From a virus (Duplodnaviria > Caudoviricetes): a stretch of 31,973 nt of DNA. Numbering within the stretch: the stretch's first letter is position 1; each line of letters opens with the position of its first letter. Made by a program: the position numbers and the translations under genes. The stretch is taken from positions 1 to 31,973 of IMG/VR virus record IMGVR_UViG_3300010376_000096. One strand, given 5' to 3'. Below are positions 8,637 through 17,396 of the stretch, piece by piece. The notes beneath the pieces were generated by a model that saw nothing but the letters and a program-made list of their open reading frames with translations, had not been told where the DNA came from and searched no databases.

Positions 8637-10573
8637 AGAAGATCCTCCTTGCAGGTGTTGCGCTGCTCGCTCTCGTAGGCACCGCAGGCGCTCAACCCGC
8701 CGGCCAGTGCGCTGCGGGCCAAGTGTGGGCGAACCCAACGTCCTCCGCGGGCCAGTGTCGTCCAGCCGCCCTCGGCGGCGTGGGAGGTGTGTTCGACCAG
8801 AGCTTCGGCAACCTTTTCGGAACGCTGCCTTGGCGGAGCACCAACGGCATCGGAGGGTGGATTGCTTCCGCCGGTCCACAGCTGGGGTCTCCTCCTGGTG
8901 TCCCGGGAGGGCCGGCCCCGGGCTTTCTATACTTCTACGGAGGAGTCAACGGGAACTTCTTCGGCATCGGCGCAGCCCCATCCCCAACTGCGAACCAAGT
9001 CCTCAACTTCCCCGCGAGCCCTCCGGCTGCCGGGCAATCTTTGGTCGTTCAATCCTGGAACGCCGGGACAAGTACGGCAACTCTCCAATGGGCAGCGGGG
9101 GCGCTGCCGAGTCCTCCTGCATCCCCAACCTCTCAGTGGTTCCTTCGAGGCGACGGAGTCTGGTCGAAATCGCTGAACTCGAACGCTGCTGGATCCAGCG
9201 TCACATCGAATCCGACCGCAGGCGCGCAGTCTATGCTCAATCTCTTCCCTGCCGACTCGGGGGCGTCAGGGAATGCTGCTGTCCTCAATCTCTACAGCTA
9301 TTCAAACGGCTTCAACTACGCCGATACTATCAATTTCTGGAACGTGGGTGGGACTGGCGCGGTCCCCGCAACCACCACGACAGGAGGCTCGGTTCCCTTC
9401 ACCCTCGGCCAATTCGCTTGGGGAGGGTATGATACGAGCATTCCTGGTTTCACGGGCAATCAAGCTATCGTTCGAGTTACCGCTGCCCAGGCGTGGTCAT
9501 CCTCGAGCCATGATGCGTTTTATCAGTTCTTTGTAACCCCCATAAACTCGATCAGCACTACCCTTGCAGCGACCTTAAAGAAAGGTTTGTACGTCGGGTC
9601 CACCTCCAATCCCACGGACCCCGGTGTGGGGGTGGTGCAGAACGGACCGCAGACCTTTGCGGGGCTGGCGACGTGTAATTCGACAAGTGATGGAAGTGTC
9701 GCCTCCGTCACAGATTCGACGACGAATAGCTTCGGCGCCGTGATTGCGGGGGGAGGGTCGCTCCACGTCCAAGCATATTGCAACGGCTCCCAGTGGACGG
9801 TATCGGGAGGCGGGACCGCCATCGCGGGCGGGACACCGCCGAACTATCTATCCGGCCTCCTCATGCAGAATACGGGAGGCACGAACACAAACCAGATTGA
9901 TGTGGGCGCTGGCTCGGCGGCGGATAGCGGAAACACCGCCCTCATCAACTTCGTGGGCCAGACGGCGAAGGATCTGACGGTCCTGTGGGCCACGGGAAGC
10001 TCGAGCGGATGTCTTGAAGGCCCTGGAGCGATCGCCGATGGCACGTGGTGGATTTGGTTAATCTCCACAGGTTCCGTGAATGATATCCTGTGTTCTGCGT
10101 CGGCTACCTCTCCCACCATGACCCGACCGGGGGGCACGTACACTCTCAAGCGCCGCATTGGGGCGATTGTGCGAAAAGGGGGCAACAATCTCCTCTTCAC
10201 CCAACTCGGGAACGATTTTCTCTTGAAGGTCCCGCAGCATGATTTCGCGGCGCAGGCGGTGAGTTCGGCTGGAGTTTCGTTCACCTTCACCTCCTTCCCG
10301 AACGGCCTTTCTCTAAAAATCATCGGAAATTCGTGTATCTTCAACCCTTCCCTTACGACATCAATGTTCATCTTCGGTCCGGGTTTAATGAGCCCGGATC
10401 CCATCGCAGGTTACGGCGCCTCGACGATTTGGGCTGGATCGACTAACGGAAATTGTGCCCAGGTCCAAATCTACTCGAACACAACTGGTCAGCTCCGCTT
10501 CGTCAGCACGCGGGCGTCGGGAGATCAGGCGGATTTCACCGTGACGGGCTGGGCGGACACGAGGGGACAATGA
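8633..10573 (+). CDS. Tail/head fibre-like protein with N-terminal signal peptide, 8 Cys
   Basis: ATGA overlap at 8633; MKKILLAGVALLALVGTAGA-Q signal; fibre motifs FLRGDGVW, IAGGG..VQAYCNGSQW, YTLKRRIGAI and terminal GWADTRG; Gly/Ser/Thr-rich. Confidence 0.8.
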   Translation: MKKILLAGVALLALVGTAGAQPAGQCAAGQVWANPTSSAGQCRPAALGGVGGVFDQSFGNLFGTLPWRSTNGIGGWIASAGPQLGSPPGVPGGPAPGFLYFYGGVNGNFFGIGAAPSPTANQVLNFPASPPAAGQSLVVQSWNAGTSTATLQWAAGALPSPPASPTSQWFLRGDGVWSKSLNSNAAGSSVTSNPTAGAQSMLNLFPADSGASGNAAVLNLYSYSNGFNYADTINFWNVGGTGAVPATTTTGGSVPFTLGQFAWGGYDTSIPGFTGNQAIVRVTAAQAWSSSSHDAFYQFFVTPINSISTTLAATLKKGLYVGSTSNPTDPGVGVVQNGPQTFAGLATCNSTSDGSVASVTDSTTNSFGAVIAGGGSLHVQAYCNGSQWTVSGGGTAIAGGTPPNYLSGLLMQNTGGTNTNQIDVGAGSAADSGNTALINFVGQTAKDLTVLWATGSSSGCLEGPGAIADGTWWIWLISTGSVNDILCSASATSPTMTRPGGTYTLKRRIGAIVRKGGNNLLFTQLGNDFLLKVPQHDFAAQAVSSAGVSFTFTSFPNGLSLKIIGNSCIFNPSLTTSMFIFGPGLMSPDPIAGYGASTIWAGSTNGNCAQVQIYSNTTGQLRFVSTRASGDQADFTVTGWADTRGQ

Positions 10574-11589
10574 AGACCTTCACAGCTCTCGCTCTCCTTA
10601 CGGTCCTGGTGGGCGCTGTAGGCGCCCGTGAGGCGGGGCGTCCCGACGATCGGAATGTGTATGGCCTCCCGGATATCAACACCGCCGCAGGTAGTTTCGG
10701 CCCGATTCAATGGTCTGCTGCCGGGAAGATCCAAGTCTTCCCTTCGAATGTTCCGTCAATTGCATGGTTCGTAGCGGTAGGGCAATCGCACATCGTTAAT
10801 GTATCCGTCCCTCCTCTTACAACATACTACTTCCCCACAAATGGTGCGAAGTGCATCAATCTCTCCCCGTATAACGGCAACTACTACATCGCCTCCGACC
10901 CTGTCATCGGAGCTACCATTCAGGTCAATGGAGCCGATCTCGGATGGTTGAGCAGGTTGTGTGATCAGCTGATTTCAGGAACGGGGGGTGCAGGTGGGAA
11001 GTATGGAACGTCCGGCGTTGGCTTGATCACGGTGGGCATTGGAGGGTCCTCCGTATGTGAGTGGGCGCCGGTTTCCTCAGCCGCCCCGTGTCCGGCGGGC
11101 TCTACTCTAGGAAGAACGAACCTCAGACTTCAGATCGCAGCGCAATGGCTCACTACCCTCGGCATCACGCCGCGAGCATGGCTATACCAACAAGGTCAGG
11201 CGGATTGTGTTGGGGGGATTTCTCTAGCAACCTACGCCTCGAACCTCCGTGCTGTGATCTCGTATGAACGTGGGCTGGCGGCAGCTCGAGCGAATGACCA
11301 GTGGATTATTTCTCAAGACACCTACAATCAAACTAGTGGGACGTTCGGCAACGGTGTGCATGGCGGCGCGAGTCCCCCCTTCACCTGCCCCGATACCATT
11401 GCCCAGGCAGCAACGAACGTCGGCGGCGATACACATAACTTCGTCGGTCCGAATATGGACGCCATTCCAGGGGGTGGGGTAGCGAATACCTACACCGACG
11501 GCGCTCATTACACCTCCGTGACGGGGAATATCTGGGCCGCGCAGCAATGGTCGAGTTCGATCATCAACACCTGTGGGAGTGCCTGCTGA
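10570..11589 (+). CDS. SGNH-family (sialate O-acetylesterase/SASA-like) hydrolase with signal peptide, 8 Cys
   Basis: ATGA overlap at 10570; MKTFTALALLTVLVGAVGA-R signal; GQS(H), GIGGSS, QQGQAD, DGAHY motifs correspond to the GQSN/QGESD/DxxH blocks. Confidence 0.8.
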   Translation: MKTFTALALLTVLVGAVGAREAGRPDDRNVYGLPDINTAAGSFGPIQWSAAGKIQVFPSNVPSIAWFVAVGQSHIVNVSVPPLTTYYFPTNGAKCINLSPYNGNYYIASDPVIGATIQVNGADLGWLSRLCDQLISGTGGAGGKYGTSGVGLITVGIGGSSVCEWAPVSSAAPCPAGSTLGRTNLRLQIAAQWLTTLGITPRAWLYQQGQADCVGGISLATYASNLRAVISYERGLAAARANDQWIISQDTYNQTSGTFGNGVHGGASPPFTCPDTIAQAATNVGGDTHNFVGPNMDAIPGGGVANTYTDGAHYTSVTGNIWAAQQWSSSIINTCGSAC

Positions 11590-12341
11590 TGGACCGTGAT
11601 ACTGCAGTCTCACAGATTCAGGAAAATATGGGCTTCCGCACGGACCTGACCCAGTCCATCATCAACAACCTCCAATTCCAACAAGATGAGCTGGAAAAGG
11701 GAGATACTCTGCCGTGGTGGCTGCTGCAGGAGGATCAGTCCTTCGTGATCAATCCTCCGAATCCCCCGGTGGCCACTCCTCAGGAGTATCCCCTCCCTTC
11801 AAACTTCATCAAGGAGTCGGACAGCCAAGACGGGAACTTGCGCTTTTACCAAAATCAGCCGGGGCCTGCGGTCTACCTGAAGAAGTTCGACCTGAAGCAA
11901 GCGGAGCAGTTCTTCTTCGGTCCGAGGAAGGTGTGGTGGCAGGGGAACGTGGAGATAATCCAGTCGGAGGATACGAGTTTCACTCCCGGCACCCCCGCCG
12001 CTTACGTCCTTCGAAAATCCACCATCCGGATATATCCCGGCCCTGACAAACAATATAACCTCACGTGGTCATACTTCACACATGACCTCCCGGTAGGTGG
12101 GGCGAATACGGTGAATGGGTGGTTGACGAATGCGCCGCAGCTCCTCATCGGACTCGCGGGGAGGCGGATGGCAATGACCGCTCGAGATCCCGATGCCACG
12201 GCGCTGTTCAACGTTATTCTCTACGGAAACCCCCAGGGGCTGGATATGCCGAACTCTCGAGGAGCGATTAAGGCCTTCCAGGCCCTCCTTTATGAAAGAG
12301 AGATTGCGGGCCGCTCGTTCCATATGGGGGCGCGACTGTAA
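11589..12341 (+). CDS. Head-tail adaptor / tail tubular A-like protein
   Basis: TGATG overlap; EYPLPSNF, GTPAAY...IRIYPGPD..Y, NGWLTNAPQLLI motifs. Confidence 0.75.
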   Translation: MDRDTAVSQIQENMGFRTDLTQSIINNLQFQQDELEKGDTLPWWLLQEDQSFVINPPNPPVATPQEYPLPSNFIKESDSQDGNLRFYQNQPGPAVYLKKFDLKQAEQFFFGPRKVWWQGNVEIIQSEDTSFTPGTPAAYVLRKSTIRIYPGPDKQYNLTWSYFTHDLPVGGANTVNGWLTNAPQLLIGLAGRRMAMTARDPDATALFNVILYGNPQGLDMPNSRGAIKAFQALLYEREIAGRSFHMGARL

Positions 12342-13306
12342 TGGGCCTCGAATCTGCAACATACATAGCCGGTCTGGTTCCAGGGAACCCGCCGTCCTCT
12401 GATCTCGAGAGCCAGGGAGCGGACCACCTCAGGCTGATTAAGAGTGTTTTGCAGAATACGTTCCCCGGCGCTGCGGCGCCATTCTATCTCCCATCCGCTC
12501 CTCCCGTCAACACCGTCGCTCTGACCATCGCGCATCAAAACGCTCTCGTCACCATCGACACGACGAGCGCGGTGCAGAATGTAACCCTCCCGGCGCTCAC
12601 GGCGGTGAATGCGGGATGGAGCTGTCGGCTTATCAAATTGAATACGGGGACAAATCCATTCTTCATCCTCCCCTCAGCGGGGACGATCCAGAGTGGAGAG
12701 TATGCTGGATTGAGCAAGGCGCGGCGCTGCATTCCCGGTCATATTACGGAGGTGATATGGTCCGGCACGGCGTGGTTTGCGATGAGAGTTCCGAGGGTTC
12801 CTGTGGGCTCGATCATCACCTGGAGCGGGAGCGTGGCGCCGCCGACGGGATACGAGCTCCCGAATGGGCAGATTCTGAATGCCGCGAACTACCCCGAATA
12901 CGTAGCTGTAATGGGAGCGGGGAACACGTTCGATGTGAGAGCGAGGGTTCTCGCGGCGCCAGATGCAGGCGCTGGCATCTGGACGGCCGCCGTCGTCGGC
13001 TTCTTCCTCGGTGAGATATCTCATACCCTCACCACGAGCGAAGTCCCCCAGTTGGGCATTTCGGGCTCCGCCTCCGTATCCTCCGGAACCATTACCGCTT
13101 CCACTTCTGCTCACGATCAAGGTGGGACGTTCGGTCCGCAGGTAGGTGGTGCCAGCCATACGAATGATGGCGGCAACTCATCCGTGACCATCAACGACAC
13201 CCGCGCTTGGTCCGTGTCCGGCCTCACGACGAACTCTGGTGGAGGTGGAGCGCATAATAACCTCCAACCCACCCTCGTCCTCAACAAACTTCTCGTTGTC
13301 GAATGA
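12341..13306 (+). CDS. Tail fibre with tail-collar domain
   Basis: N-terminal ESATYI..L...NP......QGADHLRLIK anchor; VPVGSIITWSG..PPTGYELPNGQ collar motif; C-terminal GGGAHNNLQP. Confidence 0.85.
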   Translation: MGLESATYIAGLVPGNPPSSDLESQGADHLRLIKSVLQNTFPGAAAPFYLPSAPPVNTVALTIAHQNALVTIDTTSAVQNVTLPALTAVNAGWSCRLIKLNTGTNPFFILPSAGTIQSGEYAGLSKARRCIPGHITEVIWSGTAWFAMRVPRVPVGSIITWSGSVAPPTGYELPNGQILNAANYPEYVAVMGAGNTFDVRARVLAAPDAGAGIWTAAVVGFFLGEISHTLTTSEVPQLGISGSASVSSGTITASTSAHDQGGTFGPQVGGASHTNDGGNSSVTINDTRAWSVSGLTTNSGGGGAHNNLQPTLVLNKLLVVE

Positions 13307-13319
13307 AAGGAAGACTTCT

Positions 13320-13631
13320 ATGCCAGAGCAAAAGGGCTGGTTTAAGGATGTGCTGGGGGAGAGACCAGTCGAGGGTGGCCACCACGGAAGCGACCCAAAA
13401 TACTCCCACTTTGCTGAGAAGGAAACTTCCGGCAAGAACATCGACTGGGAGACGACGGCGCACGCCGGGAAGGACTCTTCCTCCAGTCCACCGCAGGTGG
13501 ACTGGGATCAAATCAAAGGCCTCACGAAGCCGTATGAGGCCCATGGCCATACCGAGATGAAACGGTTCGCCGAACACGAGCGGACCGAGTCGAAAGCGGA
13601 GAAGAGAGCAGAGAAGGAAGGAGATTTCTGA
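13320..13631 (+). CDS. Small charged, His-rich hypothetical protein
   Basis: AAGGAAG SD before ATG 13320; stop overlaps the next start. Confidence 0.6.
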   Translation: MPEQKGWFKDVLGERPVEGGHHGSDPKYSHFAEKETSGKNIDWETTAHAGKDSSSSPPQVDWDQIKGLTKPYEAHGHTEMKRFAEHERTESKAEKRAEKEGDF

Positions 13632-13936
13632 TGGCGAAAGGTCACAACGAAAATCCTGACAGCGGGTATTCTCATTTCCACGAAAGTGGAGAGAAGAGCC
13701 CGCACGGAGGGAAGCTCGTGGGTCACGTTCCCAGCGCGAGTGCCGGACATGGCAAGAATGGCGAAGCTCCCGGCCATAAGACAATCGGGAAGCGGCAGAT
13801 GCCGCAGAGACGGGAAATCCCGTCTGGAGATAAGCCGCCGGCGATGAACAACGATAGCATGGAGGAGCCCGGCACGATGGATATGGGCGGGCAGTCCATG
13901 CTCGGTTGGCACGAGAACCCGGGGAAAGCGCCGTGA
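13631..13936 (+). CDS. Small disordered His/Gly/Pro-rich hypothetical protein
   Basis: GGAG SD, TGATG overlap upstream and GTGA overlap with the endolysin. Confidence 0.6.
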   Translation: MAKGHNENPDSGYSHFHESGEKSPHGGKLVGHVPSASAGHGKNGEAPGHKTIGKRQMPQRREIPSGDKPPAMNNDSMEEPGTMDMGGQSMLGWHENPGKAP

Positions 13937-14874
13937 GGATTGTCATATCCTCAGGTCACGGCGCCAAGGTCCGCGGCGCGAAGGGCTATCTCGATGAGGT
14001 GGACGAGGCGCGCCGCGTTGTGGAGGAGGTTGCGGTCTTGCTCCGCAATCTGGGAGTGGAGGTGAAGACATTCCACGACGACACTTCCACCACCCAGAGC
14101 CAGAACCTCAAGACCATTGTGGACTACCACAATGCTCAAGCACGTGAGTATGATGTGAGCGTTCACTTCAACGCCTATCAAACCACATCGAAGCCGATGG
14201 GATGTGAGGTGTTGTACGTCAGCCAAGGCGAGTTGGCGGCTGCTGTGTCGATGGCGATGTCCGAAGCGGGAGGACTCGTAAATCGGGGCGCCAAGAAGCG
14301 CACGGACTTGTACTTCCTCAACAACACCAAAAAGCCGGCGATTTTGCTTGAGGTGTGTTTCGTCGACTCCTCCACCGACGCGAACCTCTATCGGGCGAAT
14401 TTCTCCGCCATCTGTGATGCGATCGCAGGAGTTGCCACTCCTGTGAACGCTGCAGTCCCGATCGATCCCGAGGACCAGACGCAGAGCCCAGCTCCAATCC
14501 CCTGGAACCAAACCGACATCGTGTGTACGAAGTTTGGAGGGAAGGCAGACCCCAACACCTCGGCCTACGATCCGAAAAAGACCCTAAACGACACGGATAT
14601 GTATGTCGCCCTTCCCTACAAATTCAAGGGCTCTCGGCCGAGGGTAAAGGTGTATAACCGGGAGGTGAACGTGTCCGCCGTGGGGGAGATCTGGGATGTC
14701 GGGCCCTGGAACACGAACGATCCCTATTGGGAAACGAATACTCGACCGCAGGCTGAGACGGGGACGGATATGAGGGGGAGGAAAACGAACAAAGCTGGAC
14801 TCGATGTGTCGCCAGCGATGGATCGAGCTCTGGGGTTGAATGGGAAGGGAAAGGTGGATTGGGAGTTCATATAA
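13933..14874 (+). CDS. Endolysin: Amidase_3 plus C-terminal double-psi-beta-barrel (RlpA-like) domain
   Basis: ISSGHG, DEV, SVHFNA, ILLEVCF Zn-amidase motifs; linker; YVALP...VKVYN...IWDVGPW...GLDVSPA DPBB pattern. GTG start at 13933. Confidence 0.88.
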   Translation: MRIVISSGHGAKVRGAKGYLDEVDEARRVVEEVAVLLRNLGVEVKTFHDDTSTTQSQNLKTIVDYHNAQAREYDVSVHFNAYQTTSKPMGCEVLYVSQGELAAAVSMAMSEAGGLVNRGAKKRTDLYFLNNTKKPAILLEVCFVDSSTDANLYRANFSAICDAIAGVATPVNAAVPIDPEDQTQSPAPIPWNQTDIVCTKFGGKADPNTSAYDPKKTLNDTDMYVALPYKFKGSRPRVKVYNREVNVSAVGEIWDVGPWNTNDPYWETNTRPQAETGTDMRGRKTNKAGLDVSPAMDRALGLNGKGKVDWEFI

Positions 14875-15086
14875 TGAACCCTGGGATTGGAGAGGAGGGT
14901 GTGAAGGTCTTCCAGTCCATGATAGATGGATTGAAGGGCCATCCGGCCTTTTTCATGCTTCTCCTCTTAAATCTCATCTTCCTCGGCTTCATGTACATCT
15001 CGCTAAACAAGACCTACGATCGGACGACGAGAGAGCTCGAGAAGAATGATCTCCTAATCGCGAAGCTGATAGAAAAGTGTAAGTGA
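14874..15086 (+). CDS. Single-TM membrane protein (putative holin or lysis accessory)
   Basis: TAATG overlap with the endolysin; TM segment AFFMLLLLNLIFLGFMYISL followed by a short coiled coil. Confidence 0.6.
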   Translation: MNPGIGEEGVKVFQSMIDGLKGHPAFFMLLLLNLIFLGFMYISLNKTYDRTTRELEKNDLLIAKLIEKCK

Positions 15087-16690
15087 TGCCTGAGATCGAG
15101 ATAGATAATCTGGCCTCCGTGGGTGGTATTGTGGATGTTCCCGCATACCAAACTCCCCCGGAAGCTTGGTCCTTCAACAATAACGTGAGGTATTTTGCGA
15201 ATGGTGTGGAGAAGCTGAAGGGGTGGTCCTCGAGGTTCAATAGCCCCGTGGCTCAGAGTCCGAACTTTATCCTATATGTATCCGCGCCAGCGCAGCCCTT
15301 CTGGCTCTGGGCTTCCCCGACGGATATCTGGGTGTGGGACGGAACCTCAAACACCAAGATCAGCAAAACACCCGGAGCCTACACCGCCCCGAACCTCCCG
15401 CAATGGAACGGGACGATTATAGGTGGCGTTCCGGTGATGAATAATGGGACGGATCCTCCCCAGTTCTGGGCGAAATATGATTCGATCACCCCTCAGCTCA
15501 TGGCCGACTTGACGAATTGGGGAACGCATCCCGACCATCCGGTGACGTGCAAGGTCATACGGAGCTTCCTCGTCTATCTGCTCGCGTTGAATATCACCGG
15601 CTCCGGCGGCGTGTCACCGCATGAAGTCCGATGGTCGAACGAGGCGCAGCCCGGCTCCCTCCCGACGACGTGGGATTTCGGCGACCCCACCCACAACGCT
15701 GGCCGGGTTTTTCTTGGGGATGTGGATTCCGGCCAAATCATGGATGGGCAGGAGCTGGGAGGCCAATTCTTCGTCTACAAGGAGAATTCCGTTTGGAGGT
15801 TTGTGTTCGTTGGAGGAACATACATCTTCCAAGATCAAGTTTTCCTCGAGACTGCTGGGCTCCTGACCGCGAATTGCGTGGCCCTCACGGGGGATGGACT
15901 GAAGCACGTTTTCCTCTCTCAGGATGATTTGGTTCTTCATAATGGCTTTGTGGCTGAGCCGTTGCTGAACCGGCGCTATAAGAGATACCTCTTTAATCAG
16001 CTCCATCCGACGGCATATGTGAACTCTTTCCTCCTCTCGAATCCGCCATATGAGGAGATATGGGTCTGCTATCCGTCTTCGGGCGCCCCCGTGAACGCGG
16101 ATGGGACGATTCCACCAAATCGGGCCCTCATCTGGAACTATCGATATAATGCCATCTCCGAAGCGGACATCTCGTTCACTCGAGGAGCGATTGGAACGTT
16201 CGTCGCCTCCCCAGGAACGAAGTGGGTTGATGCTACGATACCCTGGAACTCCGACATCGATCCGTGGTCCACACAGTTTCGTCGGAAGGTGATCGTGTGT
16301 GATCATACGAACAAACAGTTCTACATGCTCGATGATACCCCGCTTCGAAATGGGGTGAACTTTAACGGTATCCTGCAGAGGTTAGATCTGGGAGTGCTAG
16401 GACGAACACGTCAAGGCGAATGGATCGAGGACTTCCAGCATCGGAAGATGATCCAAAACCTGTGGCCGAAGGTGGTGGCGCCGTCGCCCATCCAAATCCA
16501 GGTGGGATATCAGGATACTCCGAACGGTCCGATAAGGTGGAACGCTCCGGTCACCTTCGATCCAAACACCCAGATCAAGGTCGATGGGACGTTCGGGCAA
16601 GGAAGGTCGATCGCGCTGCAGTTCTCGTCTCTGGCGGATTTCCGTCTCGATGGCTATAAGATGGATCTGGCAATAGCAGGTAAATTCTGA
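15083..16690 (+). CDS. Tail nozzle / DNA stabilisation protein (P22 gp10-like beta-propeller)
   Basis: 535 aa, beta-rich, VRWS, FFVYKENSVW, EIWVCYP, ALIWNY motifs; position in the tail module. Start 15083 or 15086. Confidence 0.8.
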   Translation: MMPEIEIDNLASVGGIVDVPAYQTPPEAWSFNNNVRYFANGVEKLKGWSSRFNSPVAQSPNFILYVSAPAQPFWLWASPTDIWVWDGTSNTKISKTPGAYTAPNLPQWNGTIIGGVPVMNNGTDPPQFWAKYDSITPQLMADLTNWGTHPDHPVTCKVIRSFLVYLLALNITGSGGVSPHEVRWSNEAQPGSLPTTWDFGDPTHNAGRVFLGDVDSGQIMDGQELGGQFFVYKENSVWRFVFVGGTYIFQDQVFLETAGLLTANCVALTGDGLKHVFLSQDDLVLHNGFVAEPLLNRRYKRYLFNQLHPTAYVNSFLLSNPPYEEIWVCYPSSGAPVNADGTIPPNRALIWNYRYNAISEADISFTRGAIGTFVASPGTKWVDATIPWNSDIDPWSTQFRRKVIVCDHTNKQFYMLDDTPLRNGVNFNGILQRLDLGVLGRTRQGEWIEDFQHRKMIQNLWPKVVAPSPIQIQVGYQDTPNGPIRWNAPVTFDPNTQIKVDGTFGQGRSIALQFSSLADFRLDGYKMDLAIAGKF

Positions 16691-16968
16691 TGGTCGAGAC
16701 ACCACGAGCAGTCATCTACACCCCTGCGGCGCCGCCGAGCTTCAGCGACCAGCAGATCCAGGGGGGTATTCAGTGGGCTTATATTGAGTTCCAAAAGCTC
16801 TCGAGGGTCATGGCTGGATCTCAATTGACCCAGTTCGTGCCGCAGTCGAGGGTGCCAACGAATCCTCGAGTGGGGCTTCTGTTCTACTCCGACGGTACTC
16901 ATCCTCCCATCGCAAGCGGGGAAGGATTGTATGTCTACAAGTCTACAGGCTGGAAGTTCATCGGTTGA
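16690..16968 (+). CDS. Small tail-associated protein
   Basis: TGATG overlap; G..YSDG...GEGLYVYKSTGW pattern seen in small post-nozzle proteins. Confidence 0.65.
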   Translation: MVETPRAVIYTPAAPPSFSDQQIQGGIQWAYIEFQKLSRVMAGSQLTQFVPQSRVPTNPRVGLLFYSDGTHPPIASGEGLYVYKSTGWKFIG

Positions 16969-16978
16969 TAGCACTCTG

Positions 16979-17395
16979 ATGTGCTGGCTGTCGGTGGAGC
17001 AGGTCCATGAGAATTGGGAAGAAATCCGCACGCGGATTGGAGAGGATGTGAGGTTCGGACGATACTTCTCTGAAAAAAGTTTGGTCGATGATATTGTAGG
17101 TCAGAAGATCCAGGTGTGGACGGCGGGGACGGACCTCATAATTTTCACGAGGCTGGATACCTATCCTTCGGGGATCAAGACGTTGAGGGTTTTGTGGGCT
17201 TTCGGGACAGGGCTGGATGGGATGCTAGAGGTGATTGTCGATGTGTTCCGGAGGTTCGCGCAGCAACATGGGTGCTGTGATGTGGAAATTACAGGCCGCG
17301 AAGGGTGGAGCAGGAAGCTCAGGCGCCTCGTCGCGGCGCGGGATGTGCAGTCAGTGATCGTGATTCCTGTCGGAACGATCGGACGGGAGAACTAA
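16979..17395 (+). CDS. GNAT-fold-like virion assembly protein
   Basis: FAQQHGC..VEITGREGWSRKL motif; lies between nozzle and ejection genes. Start uncertain (16931 or 16979). Confidence 0.65.
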   Translation: MCWLSVEQVHENWEEIRTRIGEDVRFGRYFSEKSLVDDIVGQKIQVWTAGTDLIIFTRLDTYPSGIKTLRVLWAFGTGLDGMLEVIVDVFRRFAQQHGCCDVEITGREGWSRKLRRLVAARDVQSVIVIPVGTIGREN

Positions 17396-17396
17396 G

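Noticed and set aside
106-14000. ORF-track upstream starts at 106, 7404, 8208, 8612, 10453, 11547, 13239, 13906
   Set aside because: Downstream starts have better SDs or stop/start overlaps, and expose clean signal peptides or domain starts.
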